Counted from the stretch's first letter, positions 52,805 to 63,452 are shown. The stretch: 64,000 nt of DNA from an uncultured SAR86 cluster bacterium (GCA_902559885.1 CACEJU010000003.1:33542-97541), one strand, 5' to 3'. Notes: generated from the sequence alone by a model not told the origin. Made by a program: numbers and translations.

Positions 52805-55705
52805 TTAAAATGAAGTACCGAAAGCTAAACCATAAGATCTTGGATCAGTGTAAGTACCAAATTGAGCTCCACCTTGAAGCGCACTTGATGCTGCCCATGT
52901 TCCAATAAATCTATCATCAGCTAAATTCTTTCCATAAAGAGCTACATACCAATCACTTGCATTTGGATTATATGTAAATCTTAAATCCCAGAATTTTTGC
53001 TCTGGCATTCTAGCTCTGTCAGTATTAAATACATTACCTTCTCTTTCAGCTTGGTATCTGTGAACAAGTCTAGCAGTCAACATACCATTTTCCATTTCAA
53101 AATCATGGTTTAGAGCAATACTATAAGAAAGCTCAGGTGACTGAGGTAAAGTATTACCTGATATATCAACTAAGTTAGGAGCAACAGGACATCCAGCACC
53201 TGCTAGAGGGTTAAATCCTCCACCTGCAACTGTTGCAATGTCTGCACCTTTAGCCATACATAGGTAACCAGCAGATTTAGCTACTAATGTTAAATTACCA
53301 GCTGCATCAAGACCCCATCCATAAGTCACAGCTCCTGCTGCATCTAATGGTAGCGCTTCAACTCCAGTAGCACCTGATGCTGGTCCACAAAGACCTGGCA
53401 CTGGTGCTGTAGTAGCACAACCTGGTGATCCTGGTGTCCAACCAGTAGGATCAAGATCAAGCATAGTTACTACATTACCTGGATTTAAGGGATCAGGCAT
53501 AGCAGCATCCTGCATTTCACTTTGAACATATAACCAATTAAAGTCTAATCTTGTTGATTCACTTAAATATGCAATTAAGTTACCTTCAAAACCTTTAATT
53601 TCTGAATCAATGTTGTAGTTAACAGAACCAGCGTTTTCAATATTTGAGATTAACAAACCATCTGTAGAGTTAAAGAATGCTGAAGCATTAAATAATACTG
53701 CACCATCCATTAATATACTCTTTGTACCAATCTCAAATACACCTGTCTCTTCTTGATCATATGGATCAGGAGTAGAACCAATTACTGGGTTGTTACCACC
53801 AGCTTTAACAGCTGTTGTGTAACTTGCATAAACCATCTGATTATCAGATAGATCGTGTTGAAGAGCTAGCTTATACGCAAAAGCATCATCTTCAATAATT
53901 TCAACAGTTGGTGAGAAAGAATATTGTCCGCTTAAATATGCTTCTTGAGTATAGTTAGGACAATTAAGATCTGTTAAACAAGTCATAATTGTATCTTTAA
54001 CTGTATCATCATTATATCTTAGGCCAACAGTAAGTTTTGTATCTTCATTTAGATCAAAATACATTTCACCAAATAACGCAGTTGATTTAACCCTTACGTG
54101 GTCATCATTAACATAACCTCTCATTTCTACTGGTAATTCATATTTACCAACGCCAGCACCTTGTAAGAGAAGACCTAAACACTGTGGATCAAACTGTGAT
54201 GGAGGTAAACCAAATGCAGGACAGTTTGTAGCAGCAGCAGTTCCACCAAGAACTAATGTTTGGTAGAAAGGAATACCACCGTATCCATTAAATGCGCCAC
54301 CAAATACTGCAGTTGAATATGGATGAGCTGCAAAATTTGCAGTCATGTTCCAAGCAGCAGTTTGAACCTGATATCTATTATGGTTTCTATCATCATATGA
54401 ATATGCACCAGCTACGAAATTAAATGGTCCGTCATAATCAGAAATAACAGTAACCTCAAATTGAGAACCATTAGTATCAACTGTTGAGTATTCGTATGTT
54501 CTATCTGAATTTACGTTTTCACAGAAACTAAATTTGTTACCAAATCCACCAAAACAAGCATCAAATGAAATTGGGCCAATCGGAACAGTTTGAGGCACTA
54601 AACCAGGAAATGGTATATCAGAATGACTGTAATCATTATCATTCATATGCTCATATCTTCTTGTACCATATGAATATTTAACATTTAAAGTTAAAGTATC
54701 TGAGAGATCTCTTTCATACTCTAAATTAGCAAATTCAGACAACTGATAATGCTCAGGAATTCTTGTTAAATATGCTTCACTGAAATTATCAGGAACAGTA
54801 GCGCCTGCATATGAGTTAACAAAAGCAGAAGGATTTAAACCACCTACTAAATTAAACAATGCAGCAGTGCTTCCTCTTGAATCAGATGCTTGGTTAGGTG
54901 AACCTACTTCAAATGGGTTACAGCCTAATAACTGGTGTGTTTGACAAAAAGCAGTTCCAATATTGTTTCTATTATCTTCACTTTCATACCTATCATAGGT
55001 AAATTTTAAAGTTGAATCATCACCAATATCAAAATCCATCGATAACCTAACACCTAGACCATCTCTATCATCAAAATCTTCACCAGTTCTAAGATTTTTA
55101 CTCATACCATCTCTTGATGAAGAAACTAAAGCCAATCTAGTTCTAATAGTATCTGATATTGGAATATTAACAGCTGTGGTTAATCTTTTTGAATTAAAGT
55201 TTCCAGATTCAACATCAACATAACCACTAAATTCACTATCTGGTCTTGATGTAATTACGTTTATAACACCGGCAACAGCATTTCTACCAAATAAAGTACC
55301 TTGAGGTCCTTTTAAAACCTCTATTCTAGATACATCGTAGAAACCCACATCTGCGAATGTTGATGAATTAAAATTATGGCCATTCTGTGCTGTGACAACA
55401 GCTCCTACAACAGCAGCACCAACACCATATGAACCTGTACCTCTAATAGCATAACTTGCGCCAGATCCTATACCTTTTGCAGTAATAAGACCCGGAATCA
55501 CTTCAGCTAAATCATCAGAATCTTGAATCATATTAGCTTCAACATCTTCAGATGATAAAGCTTCAATAGAAAGAGCAAGATCTTGGATAGATTCAGATTT
55601 TTTTGTGGCAGTAACAACTACTTCCTCAACCTCTTGTGCAAATGCAGTAAAGGTTAGGGAAAACGCAGCGAAAATGCCGAAAAAATATTTATTTAAATTA
55701 CTCAT
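52805..55705 (-). CDS. TonB-dependent outer-membrane receptor
   Basis: Start taken at MSNLNKYF, which has a strong AAGGGGGGA Shine-Dalgarno. Signal peptide, TonB-box/plug (EEVVVTATKK, IEVLKGPQGTLFGRNAVAG), and a C-terminal Phe (..FGTSF). Confidence 0.9.
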   Translation of the reverse strand: MSNLNKYFFGIFAAFSLTFTAFAQEVEEVVVTATKKSESIQDLALSIEALSSEDVEANMIQDSDDLAEVIPGLITAKGIGSGASYAIRGTGSYGVGAAVVGAVVTAQNGHNFNSSTFADVGFYDVSRIEVLKGPQGTLFGRNAVAGVINVITSRPDSEFSGYVDVESGNFNSKRLTTAVNIPISDTIRTRLALVSSSRDGMSKNLRTGEDFDDRDGLGVRLSMDFDIGDDSTLKFTYDRYESEDNRNNIGTAFCQTHQLLGCNPFEVGSPNQASDSRGSTAALFNLVGGLNPSAFVNSYAGATVPDNFSEAYLTRIPEHYQLSEFANLEYERDLSDTLTLNVKYSYGTRRYEHMNDNDYSHSDIPFPGLVPQTVPIGPISFDACFGGFGNKFSFCENVNSDRTYEYSTVDTNGSQFEVTVISDYDGPFNFVAGAYSYDDRNHNRYQVQTAAWNMTANFAAHPYSTAVFGGAFNGYGGIPFYQTLVLGGTAAATNCPAFGLPPSQFDPQCLGLLLQGAGVGKYELPVEMRGYVNDDHVRVKSTALFGEMYFDLNEDTKLTVGLRYNDDTVKDTIMTCLTDLNCPNYTQEAYLSGQYSFSPTVEIIEDDAFAYKLALQHDLSDNQMVYASYTTAVKAGGNNPVIGSTPDPYDQEETGVFEIGTKSILMDGAVLFNASAFFNSTDGLLISNIENAGSVNYNIDSEIKGFEGNLIAYLSESTRLDFNWLYVQSEMQDAAMPDPLNPGNVVTMLDLDPTGWTPGSPGCATTAPVPGLCGPASGATGVEALPLDAAGAVTYGWGLDAAGNLTLVAKSAGYLCMAKGADIATVAGGGFNPLAGAGCPVAPNLVDISGNTLPQSPELSYSIALNHDFEMENGMLTARLVHRYQAEREGNVFNTDRARMPEQKFWDLRFTYNPNASDWYVALYGKNLADDRFIGTWAASSALQGGAQFGTYTDPRSYGLAFGTSF

Positions 55706-55815
55706 AGTTAATCCCCCCTTACGGATTAGATATGTATATTCATAAGATAATAGCACTAAATTTGGATTCTAGCTAAAAAAATATGCTAAAAAAATAGTAA
55801 TAAATATTGCTTATT

Positions 55816-56010
55816 TTATTGACTTTTAGACCATGGATGGCACTTGGATACTCTTTGAATTGCCATCATAGTCCCTTTTATAGGACCATGCTCATTTATA
55901 ACTTCAATTGCATATTCAGAGCAAGTTGGTGTGAATCTACATGAAGGCGGAAAAAGAGGTGAAATAAAGTATCTATAAAATCTTATTGGTAGTATTAAAA
56001 TATATCGCAT
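55816..56010 (-). CDS. yidD: membrane protein insertion efficiency factor YidD
   Basis: 64 aa. [22 protein letters not shown] signature. Abuts the thrS stop with no gap. Confidence 0.85.
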   Translation of the reverse strand: MRYILILPIRFYRYFISPLFPPSCRFTPTCSEYAIEVINEHGPIKGTMMAIQRVSKCHPWSKSQ

Positions 56011-57951
56011 TTACTTGGGTGCAGCTGCCAATAACTCAACCTCTTGTATGAAATCATTGAGTTTATGAAGGCTAGTTTCATTGCTACCAAGCTTTCTGAG
56101 AGAAATAGTGCTGTTTTCCATTTCTTTATTACCTACAGTGACTATATATGGAATTTTTGCAGTACTGTGTTCTCTTATTTTGTAACTAATCTTTTCATTT
56201 CTTATATCTAATACACATCTGATACCTTTAGATTGTAAATCCTGCATTATTTTTGCTGCATATTCATTTGAATCTGAGGTAATTGTTGTGATCGCAACTT
56301 GTTTTGGTGCAAGCCAAAAAGGAAGTTTGCCTGCATAGTTTTCAATTAGTATTCCAATAAATCTTTCAAATGATCCTAAGATTGCTCTATGAATCATTAC
56401 AGGCATTTGCTTGTTACCATCATTGTCAACATATTCTGCAGAAAGCCTATCTGGTAAATTAAAGTCTGCTTGAAAAGTACCACATTGCCATTCTCTGCCT
56501 ATAGCATCTGTTAAAACAAAATCTAATTTAGGTCCATAAAAAGCGCCATCACCCGGCATAACCTCATAATCAATACCAATACTTTCAATTGCATTCTGAA
56601 GAGAACTTTCAGCCCTATCCCATACCTCATCAGAACCTACTCTAGTTTCAGGTCTTGTTGAGAGTTTTATATCAAACTTTTCAAATCCAAGTTGATTATA
56701 TATTTCAGACAATAACTTTATAAAATTAGCAGCCTCATCTTTTATTTGATCCTCTGTACAAAATATGTGCCCATCATCTTGGGTAAAGCCTCTAACCCTC
56801 ATGAGCCCATGCAGTGTACCTGAAGCTTCGTATCTGTGACAGGAACCAAATTCAGCATATCTAATAGGTAAATCTTTATATGATTTCAAACCTTGATTGT
56901 AGACTTGTACATGACAAGGACAATTCATTGGCTTTAGAGCATTAGTTCTTTTTTCATTAGCATGCTCTTCATCAATCTCTGTAATATACATATTTTCTCT
57001 GTATTTATCCCAATGGCCAGAGGCCTCCCATAGCTTTCTATCTACAACTTGAGGAGTATTTATTTCCTTGTAATCATTTAACTCAAGCTTATTTCTCATG
57101 TAATTTTGAAGGGTTTTATATATAGTCCAACCTTTTTCATGCCAAAAAACCATTCCAGGGGCTTCATCTTGAAAATGGAACAACTCTAATTCTTTACCAA
57201 TTTTTCTATGATCTCTTTTCTCTGCTTCTTCAATCTGATTTAAATATTTTTTAAGATCTTTATCATCCTTCCATGCCGTTCCATAAATTCTTGTAAGCAT
57301 TTTATTATCAGAACTTCCTCTCCAGTATGCTCCGGATACTTTAGTTAATTTAAAAGCCCCTATCTTATTTAAATCAGTTAAATGCGGTCCTCTACATAAA
57401 TCTACAAACTCATCATTATCTTGATAATAAAGCTGAAAATTTTCTTCTTGATCTGAATCATTGATAATCTCACCTTTATATGACTCGTCCAAACTTTTAA
57501 AAACCTTTAAAGCTTCTGATTTAGAGAAATAACGTTTTGTTATTTTTGATCCTTTTTTAATAATTGAGTTCATCTCATTTTCAATCTTTGGTAAGTCATC
57601 GATTGAAATTGTCTGCTCGATATCAAAATCATAATAAAAGCCATCTTTTATAGTAGGACCTATGGCTAGCTTGGCTTTTGGGTAAAGATTTTTAACAGCT
57701 CTTGCTAAAACCTGAGCTGTAAGGGTATGTCTCATAATTTCTAAACCCTCTTCAGAATCTATAGTAATTATTGAAACTCTTGAATCTTCATCAATTGGAT
57801 CATTTATATCTTTTTGCACATCATTTACAGTTACAGCTATAGAAGCCTTGGCAAGCCCAGGACCTATATCTAAAGCCAAATCATAACCAGATGATCCTTT
57901 TTGAAGCACCCTTACACTTCCATCTGGTAATGTTAAATTAATTTCTGACAT
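56011..57951 (-). CDS. thrS: threonine--tRNA ligase
   Basis: 646 aa. TGS domain, editing domain, class II core (CRGPH, FGSCHRYE..GLMRVRGFTQDDGH) and an anticodon-binding domain. Confidence 0.95.
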   Translation of the reverse strand: MSEINLTLPDGSVRVLQKGSSGYDLALDIGPGLAKASIAVTVNDVQKDINDPIDEDSRVSIITIDSEEGLEIMRHTLTAQVLARAVKNLYPKAKLAIGPTIKDGFYYDFDIEQTISIDDLPKIENEMNSIIKKGSKITKRYFSKSEALKVFKSLDESYKGEIINDSDQEENFQLYYQDNDEFVDLCRGPHLTDLNKIGAFKLTKVSGAYWRGSSDNKMLTRIYGTAWKDDKDLKKYLNQIEEAEKRDHRKIGKELELFHFQDEAPGMVFWHEKGWTIYKTLQNYMRNKLELNDYKEINTPQVVDRKLWEASGHWDKYRENMYITEIDEEHANEKRTNALKPMNCPCHVQVYNQGLKSYKDLPIRYAEFGSCHRYEASGTLHGLMRVRGFTQDDGHIFCTEDQIKDEAANFIKLLSEIYNQLGFEKFDIKLSTRPETRVGSDEVWDRAESSLQNAIESIGIDYEVMPGDGAFYGPKLDFVLTDAIGREWQCGTFQADFNLPDRLSAEYVDNDGNKQMPVMIHRAILGSFERFIGILIENYAGKLPFWLAPKQVAITTITSDSNEYAAKIMQDLQSKGIRCVLDIRNEKISYKIREHSTAKIPYIVTVGNKEMENSTISLRKLGSNETSLHKLNDFIQEVELLAAAPK

Positions 57952-58007
57952 ACTATTATTAATATTTCTTATAATGGTATTTTATAGTTACTTTCGTAAA
58001 TTAAATA

Positions 58008-58082
58008 GCCTTCTTAGTTAAATGGATATAACAAATCCCTCCTAAGGATTAGTTGCAGGTTCGATTCCTGCAGAGGGCACCA
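58008..58082 (+). tRNA. tRNA-Arg (anticodon CCT)
   Basis: 75-nt cloverleaf. Acceptor GCCTTCT/AGAGGGC, anticodon stem AATCC/GGATT with loop CTCCTAA, T-loop TTCGATT, and an encoded CCA. Confidence 0.85.
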
Positions 58083-58085
58083 AAA

Positions 58086-58110
58086 AAAAAGGCCTTTAAA
58101 AAGGCCTTTA
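58086..58110. terminator. bidirectional terminator between tRNA-Arg and the convergent OMP gene
   Basis: AAAGGCC..GGCCTTT hairpin flanked by an A run and a T run. Confidence 0.55.
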
Positions 58111-58127
58111 AAATAGATATTTTATAG

Positions 58128-58580
58128 TTAGAAATTATATTGAATTGAGAACATGTCTGTATCCTCTATAAAATCAAACATTATTTTGGCTTTACCCACA
58201 TTAAAACCAAAGCCAAATCCAGCTTCACTATCTGAACCAGATATTGATTCACTGCCTGCAGATGCTGTGGCTTCGTATTTTGCCCAATTTACATTTATGA
58301 AAATATTTTCATTTATGTCATATATACCTTTCAAATAAAATGAAGGATCAAGCTCAGCTTTTACACCGTAAAGAGTATCATCTGTGATACCGATCAAAAC
58401 ACCTGTCTGCAATGAAAAAGGTGAATCATCAGCACTGAAGGTATAAGACCCACTCAATGCTCCGATGCTAAGCGAATCTCCGTCACCCATATCTAGGTCA
58501 AGACTAGTGTATCCAATACCAAAGCTTGCATATGAATAAGCAGGAACAGCAACCAAGATTGTTAATAAAAATTTTTTCAT
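58128..58580 (-). CDS. small outer-membrane beta-barrel protein
   Basis: Start taken at MKKFLLT (GGGGG Shine-Dalgarno). Signal peptide, alternating beta-strand pattern, and a C-terminal aromatic residue (..SIQYNF). Confidence 0.65.
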   Translation of the reverse strand: MKKFLLTILVAVPAYSYASFGIGYTSLDLDMGDGDSLSIGALSGSYTFSADDSPFSLQTGVLIGITDDTLYGVKAELDPSFYLKGIYDINENIFINVNWAKYEATASAGSESISGSDSEAGFGFGFNVGKAKIMFDFIEDTDMFSIQYNF

Positions 58581-58642
58581 ATTACCCCCTTTTTTTTTAT
58601 AATACGTATATAGTTTATACATATATTATAGCTGTTTGTCTA

Positions 58643-58672
58643 TAAAAAAGGCTAACAAAAAGTTAGCCTTTG
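58643..58672 (-). terminator. rho-independent terminator after the 58687-59280 gene
   Basis: Minus strand: AAAGGCUAAC-uuuuu-GUUAGCCUUU followed by a U run. Confidence 0.65.
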
Positions 58673-58686
58673 AGTTTAATAAAAAT

Positions 58687-59280
58687 TTATTTTGGAGCTG
58701 ACTCAGGTTGATAGTCATAATAACCTTCAACTGGAATCATTAAATGTACATATGGAGTTCCTTTAAACATCACATATGGGCCACCATTTGTATAGTCAGT
58801 TGACTGACCATCCAATGATGATGGATTTTTTGGCATTAACATTAAATGAGCTCCAGACTCAATAAAATGCTTATGACCCATATTTTTTTGACCATCTGTA
58901 TAAGGTTTAAAGTTATCAACACCTAAATCACCATGTAACATCCAAATCCAACCGTCTGAATCAAGTACTGGTTTTTCTTGAGCTTTATATGCATTTGCCC
59001 ACGCAACTGCATTTGCATCAGAGCATGCTGGTGCAGCATCATGCGGTTCTTTAAAACCTCCCTCTGGCATTGGCATAAATGGCTCACACCTCCATCCATT
59101 AGTGCCCTCTCTCAAAACTTTTCCAGAAGCACCTATAACTGTTGCATGGTCACCAATAAAAGCTGGTGCAGCAGAAGTATATGCATTAATTTCCCAATCT
59201 TTTGAATTACCGCCTTCGTGATGACCAGCATCAATATTAAAAGCGGTCACTAAAAAAATACTAAATATTATTTTTTTCAT
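58687..59280 (-). CDS. secreted hypothetical protein
   Basis: 197 aa. Signal peptide. His-, Gly- and aromatic-rich mature part with two Cys. GGGGG Shine-Dalgarno. No family recognised. Confidence 0.55.
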   Translation of the reverse strand: MKKIIFSIFLVTAFNIDAGHHEGGNSKDWEINAYTSAAPAFIGDHATVIGASGKVLREGTNGWRCEPFMPMPEGGFKEPHDAAPACSDANAVAWANAYKAQEKPVLDSDGWIWMLHGDLGVDNFKPYTDGQKNMGHKHFIESGAHLMLMPKNPSSLDGQSTDYTNGGPYVMFKGTPYVHLMIPVEGYYDYQPESAPK

Positions 59281-59374
59281 ATTAAAACCCCCTAGTGTTT
59301 ATTTTAGTATGGATTTAAAAATCAATGGGTGCAAGATAGAGCACAAATAAAAAAGTCAAATAATTATATGTTTT

Positions 59375-60748
59375 TTATAAAGGTTTCCATGTGGTGCCCT
59401 CAGCTGAATCCATAATTTCAACACCCATTTCTTTAAGTTGGTCTCTGATGGCATCAGCTGTTTTAAAGTCTTTATTGGCTTTTGCTATTTTTCTTTTTTT
59501 AATCAAACTATTTATTTTATCTTCATCAAGATCATTAGCCTTTGCTCTAAACCAATCTTCTGGATTATTATGCAAGATTCCTAAGGTTTTGCTTGCAAAT
59601 AGCAGAATTTGTTTAAAATCTTTTTTATTGATAACTCCAGCTATGTATTCTTTAAGCTTTTTATTTAAAAATGTAATAGCTCCAGGAGTATTTAGATCAT
59701 CATTTAAAAAATTTAAAAACTCTTCGTTAGTTTTTATCTCAACATTTTCATCAGATAAATCTGATAGCGCTTTATAAAGCTTATCTAATAAAACTTGAGC
59801 TTGGTGAATAATTTTTGCGTTCCAGTCGAAACTTTGACGGTAATGACTTGATAACAAAGCAAGTCTAATTACCTCACCATCATATTGGTTAATTAAATCT
59901 TTTACTAAAATAACATTACCTATGGATTTAGACATCTTTTCACCCTCAACAGTTACAAAGCCATTATGTATCCAATATTTTGAAAATGATTGAGGGTTAT
60001 TAATATCTCCTGATGCACAACAACTTTGAGCAATTTCATTCTCATGATGAGGGAAAATTAAATCTCTTCCTCCCCCATGAATATCAAAAGGTAATCCTAA
60101 ATTTTTTTCTGTCATAGCTGAGCACTCAGTATGCCATCCAGGTCTGCCAAAGCCCCATGGCGAATCCCAGCCTGGTTGTTCTGAAGTACTAGGCTTCCAT
60201 AAAATAAAATCAGCTGGATCTTTTTTATAAGGCGCTATCTCTACTCTACTTCCAGCGATTTGTTCTTCTCTATTTCTTTTAGATAAAGCTCCATATTTTT
60301 CGTAAGCTAAAACATGGAACATAACATGGCCATCTTTCTCGTAAGCAAAACCTTTTTCTATTAACTGTTCTATTAACTCAATCATTTCAGGCAAATATTC
60401 AGTTGCTTTAGGCTGAATGTCCGGAGCTTGAACACCAAGTACTTCCATGTTTTGGTTATATATATCAGTATATTTTTGAGTTATTTCGGATATGGGCGCT
60501 TTTTGTGCAGCAGCTGCATCTATAATCTTGTCATCAATATCAGTTATATTTGATACATAAGTAACTTTTTCATAATTAGCTCTTAAGACTCTTACCAAAG
60601 TATCAAAAACAACTGCAGGACGCGCATTACCTATATGTACATAGTTATATACAGTTGGACCACAGACATACATTCTGATATTGCTTTTATCAATTGGTGA
60701 AAATTCTTCTTTTTTACCTGTTAAAGAATTGTAAAGATATTGCTTCAT
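59375..60748 (-). CDS. cysS: cysteine--tRNA ligase
   Basis: 457 aa. HIGNAR (HIGH) and KMSKS motifs, and the zinc-binding Cys (CGPT). Confidence 0.95.
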   Translation of the reverse strand: MKQYLYNSLTGKKEEFSPIDKSNIRMYVCGPTVYNYVHIGNARPAVVFDTLVRVLRANYEKVTYVSNITDIDDKIIDAAAAQKAPISEITQKYTDIYNQNMEVLGVQAPDIQPKATEYLPEMIELIEQLIEKGFAYEKDGHVMFHVLAYEKYGALSKRNREEQIAGSRVEIAPYKKDPADFILWKPSTSEQPGWDSPWGFGRPGWHTECSAMTEKNLGLPFDIHGGGRDLIFPHHENEIAQSCCASGDINNPQSFSKYWIHNGFVTVEGEKMSKSIGNVILVKDLINQYDGEVIRLALLSSHYRQSFDWNAKIIHQAQVLLDKLYKALSDLSDENVEIKTNEEFLNFLNDDLNTPGAITFLNKKLKEYIAGVINKKDFKQILLFASKTLGILHNNPEDWFRAKANDLDEDKINSLIKKRKIAKANKDFKTADAIRDQLKEMGVEIMDSAEGTTWKPL

Positions 60749-61392
60749 TATGTATTTTCCTTGTTGGCACTTTCTACTATTTTAATTCCAAAGGATCTTA
60801 ATCTATTCAAAAGAGGCAATAAAGGCATACCTCTAACAGTATAGGATGAGCCTTCAACATTCTTAAAGAGGTTACACCCAATAGATTCATATTTATATGC
60901 TCCAGCTGCATGAATTGGGTTTTCTATATTTACATATGCCTCAATCTCTTCAATTGATAAATTATGCATGGTCATGATTGCTTTTTCTGAGTACTCCCAT
61001 AAACATTCAGAGTTTTTATATATACATATGCCACTATGTTGAAAATGAGTGGTATTAGATAGTTTTGATAAATTAATTATTGCTTGCTCTTGAGATCCAG
61101 GTTTGTGAAAAATTTCATTTCCCATAACGCACATTTGGTCACCACCTATAACAAAGGCATCAGGATTTTGTTTGCTTATTACTTCGGCTTTAGCTTTGGC
61201 AAGTTCAATAACTTGTTTTTCGAATGGCATTCCATCAATCAAGGTTTTTAGAGCATCCTCATCTACATCAGATACCTTTACAACAAAAGATAGACCTGCA
61301 TCAGTTAACATTATTTTTCTACTCTCTGATCCAGAGGCTAAGATAATTTGTGATGAATCAGATTCTGATTTTTGATCTGATTTTGGTTGCAT
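60748..61392 (-). CDS. maf: Maf-like nucleoside-triphosphate pyrophosphatase
   Basis: 214 aa. ILASGSESRKIML and a GAYKYES-type motif. 1-nt overlaps with both folE and cysS. Confidence 0.8.
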   Translation of the reverse strand: MQPKSDQKSESDSSQIILASGSESRKIMLTDAGLSFVVKVSDVDEDALKTLIDGMPFEKQVIELAKAKAEVISKQNPDAFVIGGDQMCVMGNEIFHKPGSQEQAIINLSKLSNTTHFQHSGICIYKNSECLWEYSEKAIMTMHNLSIEEIEAYVNIENPIHAAGAYKYESIGCNLFKNVEGSSYTVRGMPLLPLLNRLRSFGIKIVESANKENT

Positions 61393-61976
61393 TAAAACTT
61401 TTTAGGAGAATGTATTAGATGCATAAACTCTGCACGAGTTTCAGGCTTATCTCTAAAAATTCCAAGCATTCTGCTAGTAATAGTGCTTGACTCAGTCTTA
61501 TGAATCCCTCTAGTAGACATACATTGATGACCAGCATCGATTACAACAGCGACGCCTTTTGGTTGCAATACCTTATCTAAAATATTTGCGATTTGAGCTG
61601 TCATTGTTTCTTGCGTCTGAAGTCTTTTTGCATAGATATCTACAACCCTAGCAAGTTTACTAATGCCAACAACTCTGTTATTTGGAATATAGCCTACATG
61701 AGCTACACCTAGAATAGGTACCATATGATGCTCACAATGAGATTCAACCCTAATATTTCTTACGATTACAGCATCATCATATCCTTCAACCTCTTCAAAA
61801 GTTTTATTCAAAACTTCTTCAGGATCTTGGTCATAACCTTGAAAAAATTCATTATAGGCTTTTACAACTCTTTTGGGCGTTTCAATTAAACCTTCTCTTG
61901 AAGGATCATCACCAGCCCATTCAATTAAAGTCTTAACTGCTATCATTGCTTCTTCTTTAGTGGGTTTATTACTCAT
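61392..61976 (-). CDS. folE: GTP cyclohydrolase I (FolE type)
   Basis: 194 aa. GLIETPKRV, SHCEHH zinc motif, and HQCMSTRG. Confidence 0.9.
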   Translation of the reverse strand: MSNKPTKEEAMIAVKTLIEWAGDDPSREGLIETPKRVVKAYNEFFQGYDQDPEEVLNKTFEEVEGYDDAVIVRNIRVESHCEHHMVPILGVAHVGYIPNNRVVGISKLARVVDIYAKRLQTQETMTAQIANILDKVLQPKGVAVVIDAGHQCMSTRGIHKTESSTITSRMLGIFRDKPETRAEFMHLIHSPKKF

Positions 61977-62057
61977 AAGTTTTATTTTCCTTGAATTTGT
62001 GTCTCATTTTATATTAATTAAAGCCAATGTAAATTTTTTATCTTTTTTAGAACCTTA

Positions 62058-62768
62058 TTAATCAAGGCTTTTTAATGCATTTATCGATGCATTAAGTTCT
62101 TTTTTTAAGTTCGCACTATGGTTTTTATTTTCTAAAATTAAGCTCTTTAATATACTTAAATGATCTCTTTTATGAGCTGATATTTTTTTTGCAAGCTCAA
62201 AACTATCTTTAACTAATGCATTTTTATCATTACAAACTGCCAAAATAAACCCATATTTTATTAATTCTTCAGCAAATACTGGCTCTCCAGTAAAGAGCAT
62301 CTTCTTTACCAATGGCCTTGGTAAAAGACCTAGTGCATTTGATATGCCTGCAAAAACACCAAAATTTATTCCTGGAAGTTTAAATTGAGTTTTTGATTCA
62401 GCAAGAATAAAATCTGCACTCATTGCTACAAGCATACCGGCACCTACAACGAAATTAGAACAATTCACAATTACTGGCACTGGCGAACGCTCGATAGCCT
62501 GCACCAATTTCCAAACACCATCATTTATTTTTTCAGATACTTTTATTCTGTCCTCAATAGCTAAGTCTTTATGTTCATTTAAGTCAGCTCCAGAACAAAA
62601 ACCTTTTCCCTCACTATTAATAATGATTACCTTAACTTCTTCATTAAAAGCTTGTTCTTCAAAATTTTTATAAAAACTTATCCAGTCGGAAGAATTTAAA
62701 GCATTCACTGGGGGTTTGTTTATTGTTATATATCCAATAGAATGTTCTATCTTGGTAGTAAATGTCAT
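62058..62768 (-). CDS. enoyl-CoA hydratase/isomerase (crotonase) family protein
   Basis: 236 aa. ITINKPPVNAL and the GKGFCSGADL oxyanion-hole motif. Confidence 0.8.
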   Translation of the reverse strand: MTFTTKIEHSIGYITINKPPVNALNSSDWISFYKNFEEQAFNEEVKVIIINSEGKGFCSGADLNEHKDLAIEDRIKVSEKINDGVWKLVQAIERSPVPVIVNCSNFVVGAGMLVAMSADFILAESKTQFKLPGINFGVFAGISNALGLLPRPLVKKMLFTGEPVFAEELIKYGFILAVCNDKNALVKDSFELAKKISAHKRDHLSILKSLILENKNHSANLKKELNASINALKSLD

Positions 62769-62795
62769 GAAAGTTTATTATTTTTTATAAATACA

Positions 62796-63452
62796 ATGTC
62801 AGAAATTAAATCATTAATCAATCCAGTAACTCCATTTGAGCAAAATGCTCCGATTATCTACTGCACTGAAACAAAAATGTGTGCTTTTGTTGATCCTGGT
62901 GGAGACATAGATAAATTACTGGAAGTTGCCAAAAGATATCAACTAATACCTGAAAAAATTCTTTTAACACATGGGCATTTAGATCATGCTGGTGCTGCAG
63001 CAGAGCTAAGTGAAATTTTAAATATTGAAATCTATGGTCCTCATAAAGAAGATGCTTTTTTACTTGATGCATTAAGTGATCAAGGTCAGATGTATGGAAT
63101 GCAAACAAGAAACTGTACCCCAAATTATTGGCTTGAAGATGGTGATGAGATTTCAGTAGGAAATGTTAAGTTTCAAGTTATTTTTTGTCCTGGTCACACA
63201 CCAGGTCACATAGTTTTTTTTAACAAGGAAAATAAATTAGCCTTAGTGGGTGATGTTATATTTAATGGATCAATTGGAAGAACAGATTTCCCACGAGGCA
63301 ATCATCAAGATTTACTTGATTCAATAACAAAAAAACTATGGCCGCTGGGTAATGACATAGAGTTTATTTCAGGTCACGGTCCCAATTCTACATTTGGACA
63401 TGAACGACAGTTTAATATGTTTGTTTCAGATTCTGCCCTAGATATAGATTAG
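62796..63452 (+). CDS. MBL-fold metallo-hydrolase (glyoxalase II-like)
   Basis: Start taken at MSEIKSL, because the track start overlaps the divergent crotonase gene. THGHLDHAG motif, CPGHTPGH, and a GD..F..S.GR.DFP tail. Confidence 0.8.
   Translation: MSEIKSLINPVTPFEQNAPIIYCTETKMCAFVDPGGDIDKLLEVAKRYQLIPEKILLTHGHLDHAGAAAELSEILNIEIYGPHKEDAFLLDALSDQGQMYGMQTRNCTPNYWLEDGDEISVGNVKFQVIFCPGHTPGHIVFFNKENKLALVGDVIFNGSIGRTDFPRGNHQDLLDSITKKLWPLGNDIEFISGHGPNSTFGHERQFNMFVSDSALDID

Noticed and set aside
52805-55705. Visibly higher GC content in the TonB-dependent receptor gene (also in metY and the FadE2-like ACAD), considered as a sign of horizontal transfer.
   Set aside because: The Gly/Ala/Thr-rich amino-acid composition of a beta-barrel, and likely high expression, explain it. 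There are no flanking mobility genes or repeats.
55706-55756. N-terminal extensions offered by the ORF track for the TonB-dependent receptor (17 codons). The same applies to the OMP (58581-58622), argC (21386-21430), ccmE (46734-46787), the CcmI-like ORF (43574-43636) and the MBL hydrolase (62742-62795).
   Set aside because: In each case an internal Met is preceded by a good Shine-Dalgarno or forms an ATGA junction with the upstream gene, and it begins a proper signal peptide or a conserved N terminus. The extensions overlap neighbouring genes.
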